This document shows positions 10,680-20,512 of a stretch of DNA of 64,000 nucleotides, in pieces. Origin of the DNA: an uncultured Gemmatimonadales bacterium (GTDB lineage Bacteria; Gemmatimonadota; Gemmatimonadetes; Longimicrobiales; RSA9). How positions within the stretch are numbered: the first letter of the stretch is position 1; every line of letters starts with the position of its first letter. Under the pieces are notes generated by a model, which did not search any database, had not been told where the DNA came from, and saw only the letters and a list, made by a program, of their open reading frames with translations. The stretch covers positions 1 to 64,000 of the forward strand of contig CAWCRS010000009.1 in NCBI GenBank assembly GCA_963798085.1. The letters are read 5' to 3'. A program made the position numbers and the translations under genes.

Positions 10680-10719
10680 GCCGCTCGTTGACTGGCAACC
10701 GCTGCAGGAAGGCAGGCAC

Positions 10720-11856
10720 ATGACACCCATGGCCAAGGCCGCCCCGCTCGGGGCGGCTCTGCTCCTCGTCCTCGCCGGCGCCGGCCCTCGCCCGGCGGCC
10801 GCGCACACCGCTTCCAACGCGCTTCACGCGGACGCGCAACCGCCCGCGGGCGTGCGCACACTCCGCCAGCAGCCGGACTACCTCTACGTCTGCAACCAGG
10901 ACGGGTCCACTGTCTCCATCATCGACATGGCGAAGCTGGCCGTGGTGCAGACGGTCAAGACCACGGACATCGGTTTCGGCGAACACGCCAAGCCGCACCA
11001 CGTCGTGGTCGAGCCCGATGGCTCCTTCTGGTACCTCACCCTGATCGGCGAGAACCGCGTGCTCAAGCTGTCGCGTGATAACAAGGTGGTTGGACAGGCC
11101 ACCTTCGAGACACCCGGCCTCATGACCATGCTGCCGAAGAAGCACCGCATCTACGTGGGCCGCTCCATGACCGCGGTGAACCCGCCCATGCGCATCGGCC
11201 TCATCGATCCGTCCAACATGTCCATTGATGAGATCGACGTGTTCTATCCGCGGCCGCACGCGCTCGAGTCACGACCGCAGGAGGACTACGTCTATTCCGC
11301 CAGCCTGGCCGTCAACAGCATCGCCAGCGTCAACACCAGCACCAATGAAGTGAAACTGGATTCTCTGGGCGGCCCGGCGCACGCGCTCGCGCACTCCGCT
11401 GTCTCGCCGGATGGCCGGTGGATGGTCATCACTACGCACATGCCGCACATGATGGTGTTCGACCTGAGCTCGCCCGCCACACCGAAGCTGGTCAAGTCCG
11501 TGGATGTGGGCGAGCTGCCCTGGTATCCCGTGTTCTCCAGGGATGGCCGCTACGTGTATGTAGCCAACAACGGCTCCAACAGCGTGTCCGTTGTCGAATG
11601 CGAAGACGTGGGCAGTGACAAAGACGATCACGGATCCCGGCCTCTCCGAGCCCTACGGCAGCGCACGCTCGCCCGATGGCCGCTACATCTTCGTGACAGG
11701 CAACAACAGCAAGGGCGCGTACAAGCCGAAGGCCGCAGTGGCGCAGCCCAATGAAATCGGCACGCTCGTGGTCATCGACGCGGCCACGCAGACGGTGAAG
11801 AAGGTCATCGAGGTCGGCAAGGGACCCACCGGTCTCGGCGTGCGTCACGCGCCCTG
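10720..11856 (+). CDS. YncE/YVTN-family beta-propeller, exported; frameshift near 11597
   Basis: Signal peptide; YLYVCNQDGSTVSIID, SPDGRW, FSRDGRYVYVANNGSNSVSVV; continues in another frame as SPDGRYIFV...VIEVGKGPTGL. Confidence 0.85.
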
Positions 11857-11869
11857 ATCGCTGCGCTTC

Positions 11870-13771
11870 ATGCTGCCCGCCTCGAAACCGGCCCCCGCGC
11901 CGGTCCCGCACGGGACCGGCGCTGCTGCAAGGATACACGTTTCCCGATGGCTGCGTGCCGTGGCACTCGTGCTGTGTGCCGGCGCCGTCGTGCTCGCGGC
12001 CACACGCGCGGGTGCCCGCCGCCAGGCGCAGGGCGGCGTGCAGTGGACGCGCATGATCGACCCGTTCCCCGTGCTCGATGAGCACGGCACTGCCTATCGC
12101 TTCCCCTTCCTGGGCGGCTTCAACGTGCCTCGCCCGCAGTTCGTCGACATTGATGGCGACGGGGATCTCGACCTGATCATCCAGGAACGCACCGACGAGC
12201 TCATGCTCTTCGAGAACACGGGCACGGCGAAGCAGCCGCAGTACACGTGGCGGACCGACAAATACGAGAACCTGGATGTGGGCGAATGGGCACGCTTCGT
12301 CGACCTCGACAGAGACGGCGACCTCGACCTGCTCGCCGAAGCGAAATACAGCTACATCCGCTATTACCGTAATGAGGGCAACGCCCGGCAGCCGCGCTTC
12401 GTGCTGGCCGCCGATTCCCTGCGCGACCCCGACGGCCAGCCCATCTTCGCGGACCGCCAGAACATTCCCAACCTCAACGACATCGACTGCAACGGCCGGC
12501 CCGACCTGTTTCTGGGCCGCGTCGATGGCAGCATCACGCGGTACGAGCTGGCCGGCATCGATGCGCACGGCGTGCCCTCCTTCCGCTTCGTGACCGACCG
12601 CTGGGAAGGCATCTCCATTGTGGCCGTGATGACGGGCCTGCGACACGGCGCTAACACAATGTTCTTCGCCGATGCCGACCATGACGGTGATGCCGACCTC
12701 TTCTGGGGCGACTTCTTCGAGCCGGGCGTGCTCTACATCGAGAACGGCGGATCCTGTGCCGCGCCCTCACTGCACGCCGAACCCGTCAATGTGCGTGCCG
12801 TCAACGACTCGGTGAAGACCAGCGGCTACAACGTGCCCGTGCTCGTGGACGTGGATGGCGATGGCGACCTGGACATGGTCATGGGCGTGCTGGGCGGCGC
12901 CTACAACCCCAACCTCACCGGGTCGGACAACCTGTACTTCTACCAGCGTGATGCCGACACCCTGCGCCTGGTAACGCGACGTTATCTGTCCACCGTGGAC
13001 GTGGGCAGCGAGAGCCTGGCCACGCTCGTCGACCTGGACGGCGATGGCGACCTGGACCTGCTGCTGGCCAACAAGATCGACGCCGGCCACCTCGAGAAGT
13101 CACGCGTTTACCGCTTCGAGAACACGGGTACCCGCACCTCGCCGCGCTTCGCGCTGAAAGACACACTCGACTTCCGCCCCACCTTCCACCAGGCGCCCGC
13201 CTTCGGTGACCTCGATGGCGATGGCGACCTCGACATGCTGCTCGGCACCTGGAACCAGGGCGTGGCCTTCTACCGCAACGACGGCTCCACGCGCGAAGCG
13301 CGCTTCACGCTGGTCGACTCCGCATACATCACACTGACACGCGGCAGCAACTCCACACCCGCGCTGGGCGATATCGACGGGGATGGCGATCTCGACCTGT
13401 TCATCGGCGAAGCCTCCGGCGAGATCAACTTCTATCGCAATGACGGCACACGCACCGCGCCGAAGTTTGTGCTGGTCAGCGACAAGTTCGAGGACTTCAA
13501 TGTCGGCCGCCGCAGCACGCCCACGCTGGTGGACATTGATGGTGATGGCGATCTCGATCTGCTGGTCGGCGCCGAGGATGGCGGCATCTTCCTGTTCCGC
13601 AACAACGGCACGCCCAGGGCCCCGCACTTCGTCGCGGACCCATCGTTCAAGGTGCCGCTGCCGCACTTCTCCAGCCCCGCGTTCGGCGACCTGAACGGCG
13701 ACGGCGTGCTCGATCTGGTCTCCGGTGGACTGGGTGGCGGCGTCGTCTACTTCCAGGGAAAGAAGCAGTAG
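11870..13771 (+). CDS. FG-GAP/VCBS repeat secreted protein
   Basis: About ten D(I/L/V)DGDGDLDL Ca-binding-type repeats and an N-terminal hydrophobic signal. Confidence 0.9.
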   Translation: MLPASKPAPAPVPHGTGAAARIHVSRWLRAVALVLCAGAVVLAATRAGARRQAQGGVQWTRMIDPFPVLDEHGTAYRFPFLGGFNVPRPQFVDIDGDGDLDLIIQERTDELMLFENTGTAKQPQYTWRTDKYENLDVGEWARFVDLDRDGDLDLLAEAKYSYIRYYRNEGNARQPRFVLAADSLRDPDGQPIFADRQNIPNLNDIDCNGRPDLFLGRVDGSITRYELAGIDAHGVPSFRFVTDRWEGISIVAVMTGLRHGANTMFFADADHDGDADLFWGDFFEPGVLYIENGGSCAAPSLHAEPVNVRAVNDSVKTSGYNVPVLVDVDGDGDLDMVMGVLGGAYNPNLTGSDNLYFYQRDADTLRLVTRRYLSTVDVGSESLATLVDLDGDGDLDLLLANKIDAGHLEKSRVYRFENTGTRTSPRFALKDTLDFRPTFHQAPAFGDLDGDGDLDMLLGTWNQGVAFYRNDGSTREARFTLVDSAYITLTRGSNSTPALGDIDGDGDLDLFIGEASGEINFYRNDGTRTAPKFVLVSDKFEDFNVGRRSTPTLVDIDGDGDLDLLVGAEDGGIFLFRNNGTPRAPHFVADPSFKVPLPHFSSPAFGDLNGDGVLDLVSGGLGGGVVYFQGKKQ

Positions 13772-13838
13772 CGGCGCAAGCGGCAAGGTGCCGCCGCGCA
13801 ATTCGGGCGCCGCGCAACGCGATCGGAAGCCCGCGTTC

Positions 13839-14588
13839 CTACTTCCGCAGCACCTTGGCCGCGTACGCCTGCACTACCGCCAGCACGTCCGGCAATGTCC
13901 AGAGCGACAACACTTCCTCGCCGTACTCGGTCGACGTCGCGGCAATGCGCTGCAGCGCGGGTCGCCGCATCTGCGCCTTGGTCACGCGATACACGTCAGG
14001 CGAGATCTGCATGAGGTCCGCGACTACGCTGAGCGCCCGTGGCAGCAGCGCGTCCGCCGCCACGACTTCATCGACCAGGCCCCACGCCTGCGCTTCCGCC
14101 GCATTCAGCGTCGCGCCGCCCAGCACGAGGGCGCGGAAACGTGCGGGCTCGAGCGTTTCGCGCATGATCTCGATCGCCGCTGCAGGGAAGGGCACGCCCA
14201 CGCGCAGCTCGGGAATGCCCACGTGCACGGGCGCGTCCACAATGATGCAGCGGTCCGCCGCACTCGCCAGCACGCAGCCGCCGGCCACCGCGTGACCGTT
14301 GACCGCCGCGACCAGCGGCCAGGGATACTCGAACACCGACTGAATGGCCTGCACCAGTACGGGCAGGAACGCGCGCGCGTATGCCACGCCGCCCGCCACC
14401 AGACGGGTGAGATCCACGCCCGCCGAAAAAATGCGGCCCCGCCCGGTGAGCACCACTGCCCTGCGCTCTGCTGACAGCTGTGTCAGCACGGCCGAAAGCG
14501 CCGCGCACAGCTCCACATCCAGCGCGTTGGCCTTGCCGTGCGCCAGTTCGACAACCGCGATCCCCTGTGCCTCCCGTACATCGATCAT
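13839..14588 (-). CDS. Enoyl-CoA hydratase/isomerase (crotonase) family
   Basis: GKANALD, FSAGVDL, AAVNGHAVAGGCVLA, GIPELRVG. ATG 14588 with GAGGTG RBS. Confidence 0.9.
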   Translation of the reverse strand: MIDVREAQGIAVVELAHGKANALDVELCAALSAVLTQLSAERRAVVLTGRGRIFSAGVDLTRLVAGGVAYARAFLPVLVQAIQSVFEYPWPLVAAVNGHAVAGGCVLASAADRCIIVDAPVHVGIPELRVGVPFPAAAIEIMRETLEPARFRALVLGGATLNAAEAQAWGLVDEVVAADALLPRALSVVADLMQISPDVYRVTKAQMRRPALQRIAATSTEYGEEVLSLWTLPDVLAVVQAYAAKVLRK

Positions 14589-14795
14589 CCTGACACCTCG
14601 TTCTCGCAGTCGTCTGTTTGCGGCCGCCTTCTGCGGCCGGGTGGCTCGCGCACGACAACGCCCCGGACGCTGCACACTCTTGCTTCGCTGCGCCGCCGGC
14701 AATAGCGTGCGCCACACGCGGCAGCCCGCCGGCGGCGCCGCACGGGAAGCGCCGAGTCGCGGCGGCCCGACTTCCACCAACCACGCACACAACCC

Positions 14796-15758
14796 ATGAA
14801 ACTCGGCGTCTTCGCGGTGCTCTTCGGCGACCAGCCGCTCGAAGCAACGCTCGATTACGTCAGAGACCTCGGCCTGCAGGCCGTCGAGATCGGCACCGGC
14901 TGCTGGCCCGGCGACAAGCTCTGCAAGCCGGACGCGCTGCTGCGCAGCAGCACGCGCCGCAAAGCCTTCCGCAAGGCCATCGAGAGTCGCGGTCTCACCA
15001 TCAGCGCGCTCTCCTGTCACGGCAATCCGCTGCATCCGCAGGCGAGAACCGCGCATCACGATCACGAAGTCTTCGAAAAGACACTGCGCCTCGCGGCCCA
15101 GCTCAATGTGGGGACCGTCGTCAATTTCAGCGGCTGCCCCGGCGGGGGACCCTCCGCCCGCCAGCCCGCATGGATCATCTCGCCCTGGCCGCCGGAATTC
15201 GCGGAAATGCTCGAGTGGCAATGGCGGGAGCGCGTCATCCCGTACTGGCGTGACGCCGCGAAGCTGGCGCACAACGCGGGCGTGCGGGTCGCGATCGAAA
15301 TGCATCCCAACTTCGTCGCCTACAATCCCGAGACCATGCTGCGACTGCGCGACGTCGCGCCCCGCACCATCGGTTGCAACTTCGACCCCAGTCACATGTT
15401 CTGGCAGGGCGTGGATCCGGTCGCCGCCATTCGCGTGCTGGGCGATTCCATCTTCCACTGCCACGCCAAGGACTGCCGCATCGATACGCTCAATACGCGC
15501 ATGAACGGCGTGCTCGACGCCAAGCGCTACACACGCGAGCTCGAGCGCTCGTGGATCTTCCGCACCGTGGGCTGGGGCAGTGACACACTCGTGTGGAAAG
15601 ACATTGTCAGTGCCCTGCGCCTCGTCGGCTACGACCACGTACTCAGCATCGAGCACGAGGACAGCCTGATGGCTCCCGAAGAGGGGCTGAAGAAGGCCGT
15701 CGCCTTTCTTCAGGACATCGTCATCAACAGACCGGCCGGCGCCGCCTACTGGGCCTGA
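14796..15758 (+). CDS. Sugar phosphate isomerase/epimerase (xylose-isomerase-like TIM barrel)
   Basis: AVEIGTG, ALSCHGNPLHP, IEMHP, NFDPSHMFWQG, HCHAKD, FRTVGWG, LSIEHED. Confidence 0.9.
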   Translation: MKLGVFAVLFGDQPLEATLDYVRDLGLQAVEIGTGCWPGDKLCKPDALLRSSTRRKAFRKAIESRGLTISALSCHGNPLHPQARTAHHDHEVFEKTLRLAAQLNVGTVVNFSGCPGGGPSARQPAWIISPWPPEFAEMLEWQWRERVIPYWRDAAKLAHNAGVRVAIEMHPNFVAYNPETMLRLRDVAPRTIGCNFDPSHMFWQGVDPVAAIRVLGDSIFHCHAKDCRIDTLNTRMNGVLDAKRYTRELERSWIFRTVGWGSDTLVWKDIVSALRLVGYDHVLSIEHEDSLMAPEEGLKKAVAFLQDIVINRPAGAAYWA

Positions 15759-15967
15759 AGCGGGCCGCAACATGACCCCGGCCTCGCCGCCGCCTGCTGC
15801 AACGGGCGGCGAGGATGGGGACTGGGAGCATTGAGCCGGGTACCATTCGTCCTTGAACCGCGCCACTTGCGGCGCGACCGCTTGCTGCGGCCCGTCGGGC
15901 GCTGAACTTCATCCGTCACCGCGCCGGCGCCCGCCGCGCGCCACCCACTACAGCTGAGGAGACAGAC

Positions 15968-16540
15968 ATGCGCCCGACCCGTATCATCGCGCTCCCCGCA
16001 CTGGCTTTCGTGCTCGGGGTAATGCCCAGCGCCGCGCAACAGCGCACAGGCGTGATGGGTGACCTGCTCGGCGACGTCAACGTCGTCGCACGCAAACTCG
16101 ACCAGCTGGCCAACGCCATGCCCGCCGACAAGTACGACTGGCGCCCCGGCCCCGGCGTCCGCTCCGTGGGTGAAGTGTTCAAGCACGTGGCTTCTGATAA
16201 CTACCTGCTTGCCGCCATGGCCGGTGCCCAACCACCCGCGGAAACCGGAATCACCAATGACTACCGCTCCGCCAGCGCATTCGAAAACCGCAAGATGGAT
16301 CGCGCCCAGATCATTGCCGAGCTGCGCAAGTCGTTCGACTTCATCAGGAAAGCCATGAACGACACGCCCGATGCGAGCCTCGCCAATCAGGTCGACATGT
16401 TCGGCCGCAAGACCAGCCTGCAGTCCCTCTGGATCGGGGCTACCACGCACATGCACGAGCACCTCGGCCAGTCCATCGCCTACGCCCGCACCAACGGCGT
16501 AGTCCCGCCCTGGAGCCAGCAGAGCGGCGGCGGATTCTGA
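15968..16540 (+). CDS. DinB-family protein with signal peptide
   Basis: AMPADKYDWRPGPGVRSVGEVFKHVA, HMHEHLGQSIAYARTNGVVPPWS. GAGGAG RBS. Confidence 0.88.
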   Translation: MRPTRIIALPALAFVLGVMPSAAQQRTGVMGDLLGDVNVVARKLDQLANAMPADKYDWRPGPGVRSVGEVFKHVASDNYLLAAMAGAQPPAETGITNDYRSASAFENRKMDRAQIIAELRKSFDFIRKAMNDTPDASLANQVDMFGRKTSLQSLWIGATTHMHEHLGQSIAYARTNGVVPPWSQQSGGGF

Positions 16541-16553
16541 GGTAACCGCAGAA

Positions 16554-16941
16554 GCGTTGCTGGGGCTCGGGCTGGGGCTGGTTGCCGGGGAAAGGCATTG
16601 AACGGAAACGACAATGCGTTCCTGGGGCTGCTCGCCCGGGCTGGTTGCTGGGGAACGGCATCGGACGGAGCGACAAACTGCGTTCCTTGGGCCGGGGCTC
16701 GGGCCTGCGCTGGAACCAATCAACGGCTGCGCGTGTGGAGCTGATCCGCACGCGCAACCGCGCGTTAGCAGCAAGCGCATCCGTACTTCCCGGGCGACCC
16801 GCCCCAGCAACGCCGTATTCGTTGCCGTTCATTGCCGTTCGCGAGCAAGCAGCCCGAGCAATCAGCCCCAGCAACGCAGTTGATTTGCTTCTGTTGATCC
16901 GTTGGTCCATTGATCCCAGCCCCAGCCCGAGCCCCAGAAGC
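16554..16941. repeat. Palindromic array of degenerate ~63 bp units (REP/BIME- or MITE-like)
   Basis: Perfect 22 bp inverted repeat 16560-16581 / 16916-16937; three forward units starting GCGTT(G/C)CT(G/T)GGGC and reverse units GCCCCAG(C)AA(G)CGC; central hairpin 16729-16755. Confidence 0.8.
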
Positions 16942-16951
16942 GCAGTCGCCG

Positions 16952-16976
16952 TTGACGTAAGCAAGCACCCACTTGC
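16952..16976 (+). promoter_or_regulatory. Candidate -35 box and TetR operator
   Basis: TTGACG (16952-16957) followed by the palindrome GCAAG-N6-CTTGC (16961-16976), 35 nt upstream of tetR. No clear -10. Confidence 0.45.
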
Positions 16977-17010
16977 ACACATCTGCCCAGCCGATTAGCT
17001 TCTCCGCACC

Positions 17011-17655
17011 ATGACTCACGACCCACACGCCGTCGACAGCCGCGAACGCATACTGGTCGCGGCCGCGCACATCTTCGCCGATGCCGGCTATCGCGGCGCC
17101 ACCACGCGTCGCATTGCGCAGGAAGCGGACGTCAATGAGGTGACGCTGTTCCGTCATTTCGGCTCCAAGGAAGAGCTGATCCGCGAAGCCATTGCGCACA
17201 TGTCGCGGCCGGGCAATGTCTCGCGGCTTCCCGAGACGCCGGTGGATCCCGAGGCGGAGCTGACGGCGTTCGGGCGCGAGCAGCTCGAACATCTGTTTCG
17301 CGTGCGCTCGTTCATCCGCACGTGCATGGGTGAGGGCGAAGAGCGGCCCGACATCAGCTCGCGCGCCACGGACCGGCCCGTCCACGTGCACCACGAGCTG
17401 CTCACGTATCTGGGCCGGCTTCGTGACCATGGCCTGGCCGCAGCCGACGCCAATGTCGACGCGGCCGCTACCATGCTGATGGGCGCGCTGTTCTCGGACG
17501 CCATGGGACGTGACTACATGCCCCAGGCGTATTCGTATGCAATCGACGAGGCACCGGCGCGGTATGTGCGCCTGATTCTCCGTTCAGTGGGTGCGCCCCT
17601 GCGCGCACCGGTTCCGACCGCGGTGCGGAAGCGGAAGTCGAGGGAGCGAAAATGA
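17011..17655 (+). CDS. TetR/AcrR family regulator
   Basis: RERILVAAAHIFADAGYRGATTRRIAQEADVNEVTLFRHFGSKEELI; first gene of the efflux operon. Confidence 0.95.
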   Translation: MTHDPHAVDSRERILVAAAHIFADAGYRGATTRRIAQEADVNEVTLFRHFGSKEELIREAIAHMSRPGNVSRLPETPVDPEAELTAFGREQLEHLFRVRSFIRTCMGEGEERPDISSRATDRPVHVHHELLTYLGRLRDHGLAAADANVDAAATMLMGALFSDAMGRDYMPQAYSYAIDEAPARYVRLILRSVGAPLRAPVPTAVRKRKSRERK

Positions 17656-19346
17656 AGCGGCAGACACGGATTTCAGGCGACCACGCGCGTCGCGGTTTCG
17701 CGGCGCGCATTTCATTCATGGCTCTCCACGCGCTGGTGGCGCTCGGCTTCTGCGCCGTTACGCTGCAGGCGCAGCAGGTGGCGACGGCCGGTGCGCGCGG
17801 GCTCTCGCTCGAGGACGCGCTGCGCATGGCCGAGGCGGCCAGCGAGCAGGTGGCCATCGCGCGCGCCGGTGTGATGCGCTCACAGGGGCAGCTGCGCCAG
17901 GCGAAGAGCGAGTACTTCCCGCAGATCTCGGGCTCGCTCTCCTACACACGCACGCTGGCCAGCGAATTCAGCGCTTTCAGCAGCAGCACACAGGACAGCA
18001 CCACAACGTCCGGACCTGCCTGCGGCAGCTTCATTCCCAATCCGGCGCTTTCGTTGAACGAGCGGGTCGATTCGCTGGAAGCCGCGCTCAGGTGCCAGTC
18101 GGAAGCGAATCCGTTTTCGGCCTTCCGCAACCTGCCGTTCGGGCGGGAGAACGTGTGGAACCTGGGCCTGTCCGCCAGTCAGACGCTCTTCTCCGGCGGA
18201 CGCGTGCAGGCGCAGACGCGCATAGCCTCCGCCGGGCGCAGCGTGGCCGACCTGCAGCTCACATCAGCGCGTGCGCAGCTCATGCTCAATGTGGCCAGCG
18301 CGTATTACAACGCCGCGTTAGCCGATCAGCTGCTGCAGATCTCCCAGGCCTCGCTGGCGCAGGCGGACACCACGCTCGTGCATGTGAAGCTGGCCCGGCA
18401 GCTGGGTGAGCAGCCCGAGTTCGAACTGCTGCGTGCGCAGGTGTCGCGCGATACCCAGGAGCCGCTCGTCATACAGCGACGCTCCGACCGCGACCTGGCC
18501 GTGCTGCGCCTGAAGCAGCTGCTCAATCTGCCCTCTGCAGCGCCGGTCGAGCTGACCACGGCGCTGGATGGCTCCGACATGGGCGCCGTCGTGCAGCTGG
18601 CTTCCAATGTCGTGGGCGTCGAGCTGGACACAGCCACCGCGCTGCGCTCGCCGGTGCGCCAGGCCGAGCAGGCCGTGCGCATTCAGCAGGCGCAGATGAC
18701 GATCGCCCGGGCGCAGCGTCTGCCTTCGGTCGCGCTCAACATGCAGTACGGCCGCGTAGGCTACCCGCAGCAGGTCAGTCCCTTCAGCGCCGACTTCCGC
18801 ACCAACTGGACGGTGGGCGCCAGCATTCAGGTGCCGCTGTTTACGGGGGGGCGCATAAGCGGCGACGCGCTGGTTGCGCGCGCCAACCTGGACGAGTCGA
18901 AGGCCAGACTGCAAATGACGCGCGAGCTGGCCACGCTCGACAACCAGGACGCGGTGCAGCACCTGGCGGCCGCCCAGGCCGCGTGGAACGCCAGCTCGGG
19001 CACGGTCGAGCAGGCCAACCGCGCGTACTCGATCGCCGAGGTGCGTTACACGGAGGGCATATCGACGCAGCTCGAGCTCACCGACTCGCGCATCCTGCTG
19101 CAGCAGGCCGAAGCGAATCGCGCACAGGCCGCCCGTGACCTGCAACTCGCGCGGCTGCGCCTGGCGCTGCTGCCGGCATTGCCCATTTCCACGGGTAGTA
19201 CCAGCAACATCACGGTACCCGGGCCGTCGGTTACCAACCAGCAGCAGGCGGCACCCGCGCAGGGTACGGCGGGCGGTATTCAGGCGGGCTCAACTGCCAT
19301 CACGCAGGCGGGGATCCGCGCACAGGCCACCCAGGTTCGCAACTGA
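17652..19346 (+). CDS. TolC-family outer membrane efflux protein
   Basis: LSLEDALRMA, SQTLFSGGRV, VPLFTGG, RYTEGISTQLELTDSR; ATGA overlap with tetR. Confidence 0.92.
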   Translation: MKRQTRISGDHARRGFAARISFMALHALVALGFCAVTLQAQQVATAGARGLSLEDALRMAEAASEQVAIARAGVMRSQGQLRQAKSEYFPQISGSLSYTRTLASEFSAFSSSTQDSTTTSGPACGSFIPNPALSLNERVDSLEAALRCQSEANPFSAFRNLPFGRENVWNLGLSASQTLFSGGRVQAQTRIASAGRSVADLQLTSARAQLMLNVASAYYNAALADQLLQISQASLAQADTTLVHVKLARQLGEQPEFELLRAQVSRDTQEPLVIQRRSDRDLAVLRLKQLLNLPSAAPVELTTALDGSDMGAVVQLASNVVGVELDTATALRSPVRQAEQAVRIQQAQMTIARAQRLPSVALNMQYGRVGYPQQVSPFSADFRTNWTVGASIQVPLFTGGRISGDALVARANLDESKARLQMTRELATLDNQDAVQHLAAAQAAWNASSGTVEQANRAYSIAEVRYTEGISTQLELTDSRILLQQAEANRAQAARDLQLARLRLALLPALPISTGSTSNITVPGPSVTNQQQAAPAQGTAGGIQAGSTAITQAGIRAQATQVRN

Positions 19347-19351
19347 GAGTC

Positions 19352-20500
19352 ATGACGACGAGGGTTGATGGGATGAGAGGCATGATCGACAACACGCGGC
19401 TGGGCGCCCTGATGCTCCTGACACTCGGTTTGGTGGCCGGGTGCGGTGGCAGCGGCTCGCGCGCGGAACAGCCCACTGCTGACGAACCGGTGCTGGTCAG
19501 TCCCGGCAGCATCGTGATCGTGGATTCGGCGACGCTGCACAGCGGGCCCACCATCTCGGGCTCGTTGCAGCCGGAGCATGTTGCAGCGATCCGCGCCGAA
19601 ATCGGTGGCTCCGTGCTGGCAACGCGCGCCGAAGCCGGCCAGCGGGTGGCGAAGGGCGACACGCTGGCGCGCATCGACGACAGCGCCATTCGCGATTCCT
19701 GGCTGTCCGCACGCAGCGGCGTTACCACGGCCGATCAGTCTGCGCAGGTGGCGCACCGCAACCTGGAGCGCACGCAGCGGCTCGCGGACGCGGGCGCGGT
19801 TTCCGAGCGCGACCTCGAGACCGCGCGCATCAACGCCTCTGCCGCGGACGCGCAGCTCGACGACGCGCGCGCCCGTCTGGCTCAGGCCGGGAAGCAGCTC
19901 GCCAGCACACGCATCACCTCACCCATCAACGGCATTGTCAGTGAGCGGGCCGTGAATGCCGGCGACATTGTCTCGCCCGGCATGCTGCTCTACTCGGTCG
20001 TCGATCCCGGCAGCATGCGCCTGGAAGCGGCCGTACCCGCCTCGCAGCTGGGCGACGTGCGCGTGGGCGCACCCGTCGAATTCTCCGTTACCGGTTACCC
20101 GGAGCGCAGCTTCACCGGTCGCATCGCGCGCGTCAATCCGGTCGTCGATCCCGCCACCGGCCAGATCGCCATCATGGCGACGCTGCCGAATCAGAGCGGC
20201 CAGCTCGTGGGCGGCGTTTTCGCACAGGGACGCGTCGGCGCCCAGACGCGGCGCGCGCTCGCGGCTCCTGCTAACGCGGTGATAGTCAATGGCGATGCCG
20301 CTACCGTCCTGCGCATCCGCGGCGGCGTGGTCGAGCGCATCAATGTCGGCCTGGGCCTGCACGATGAGCAGGCCGAGCGCTGGGCCATTATCTCCGGCCT
20401 CGAGCGAGGCGACTCCCTGCTGATGGGTGCGGCCCAGGGCTACACGCCGGGCACGCGCGTGCACGTGCAGGCGCCCGTCGAACTGTCCACGAGCCACTGA
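19352..20500 (+). CDS. RND efflux periplasmic adaptor (MFP), lipoprotein
   Basis: Lipobox LVAGC; GQRVAKGDTLARID, ITSPINGIVSER, FTGRIARVNPVVDPATG. Start may be a later Met. Confidence 0.92.
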   Translation: MTTRVDGMRGMIDNTRLGALMLLTLGLVAGCGGSGSRAEQPTADEPVLVSPGSIVIVDSATLHSGPTISGSLQPEHVAAIRAEIGGSVLATRAEAGQRVAKGDTLARIDDSAIRDSWLSARSGVTTADQSAQVAHRNLERTQRLADAGAVSERDLETARINASAADAQLDDARARLAQAGKQLASTRITSPINGIVSERAVNAGDIVSPGMLLYSVVDPGSMRLEAAVPASQLGDVRVGAPVEFSVTGYPERSFTGRIARVNPVVDPATGQIAIMATLPNQSGQLVGGVFAQGRVGAQTRRALAAPANAVIVNGDAATVLRIRGGVVERINVGLGLHDEQAERWAIISGLERGDSLLMGAAQGYTPGTRVHVQAPVELSTSH

Positions 20501-20512
20501 GCAGGAGGCACA

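Noticed and set aside
9020..11600. Programmed frameshifting or phase variation in the propeller genes
   Set aside because: No slippery or homopolymer tract at the breaks, and similar indels affect many unrelated genes including msrP, so sequencing error is more likely.
14589..15866. Apparent 675 aa fusion to the crotonase
   Set aside because: The extension is the antisense of the sugar isomerase gene; the crotonase has its own RBS at 14588.
16554..16941. Possible CRISPR array
   Set aside because: Units are degenerate and switch orientation, there are no constant repeats with unique spacers, and no cas genes are present.
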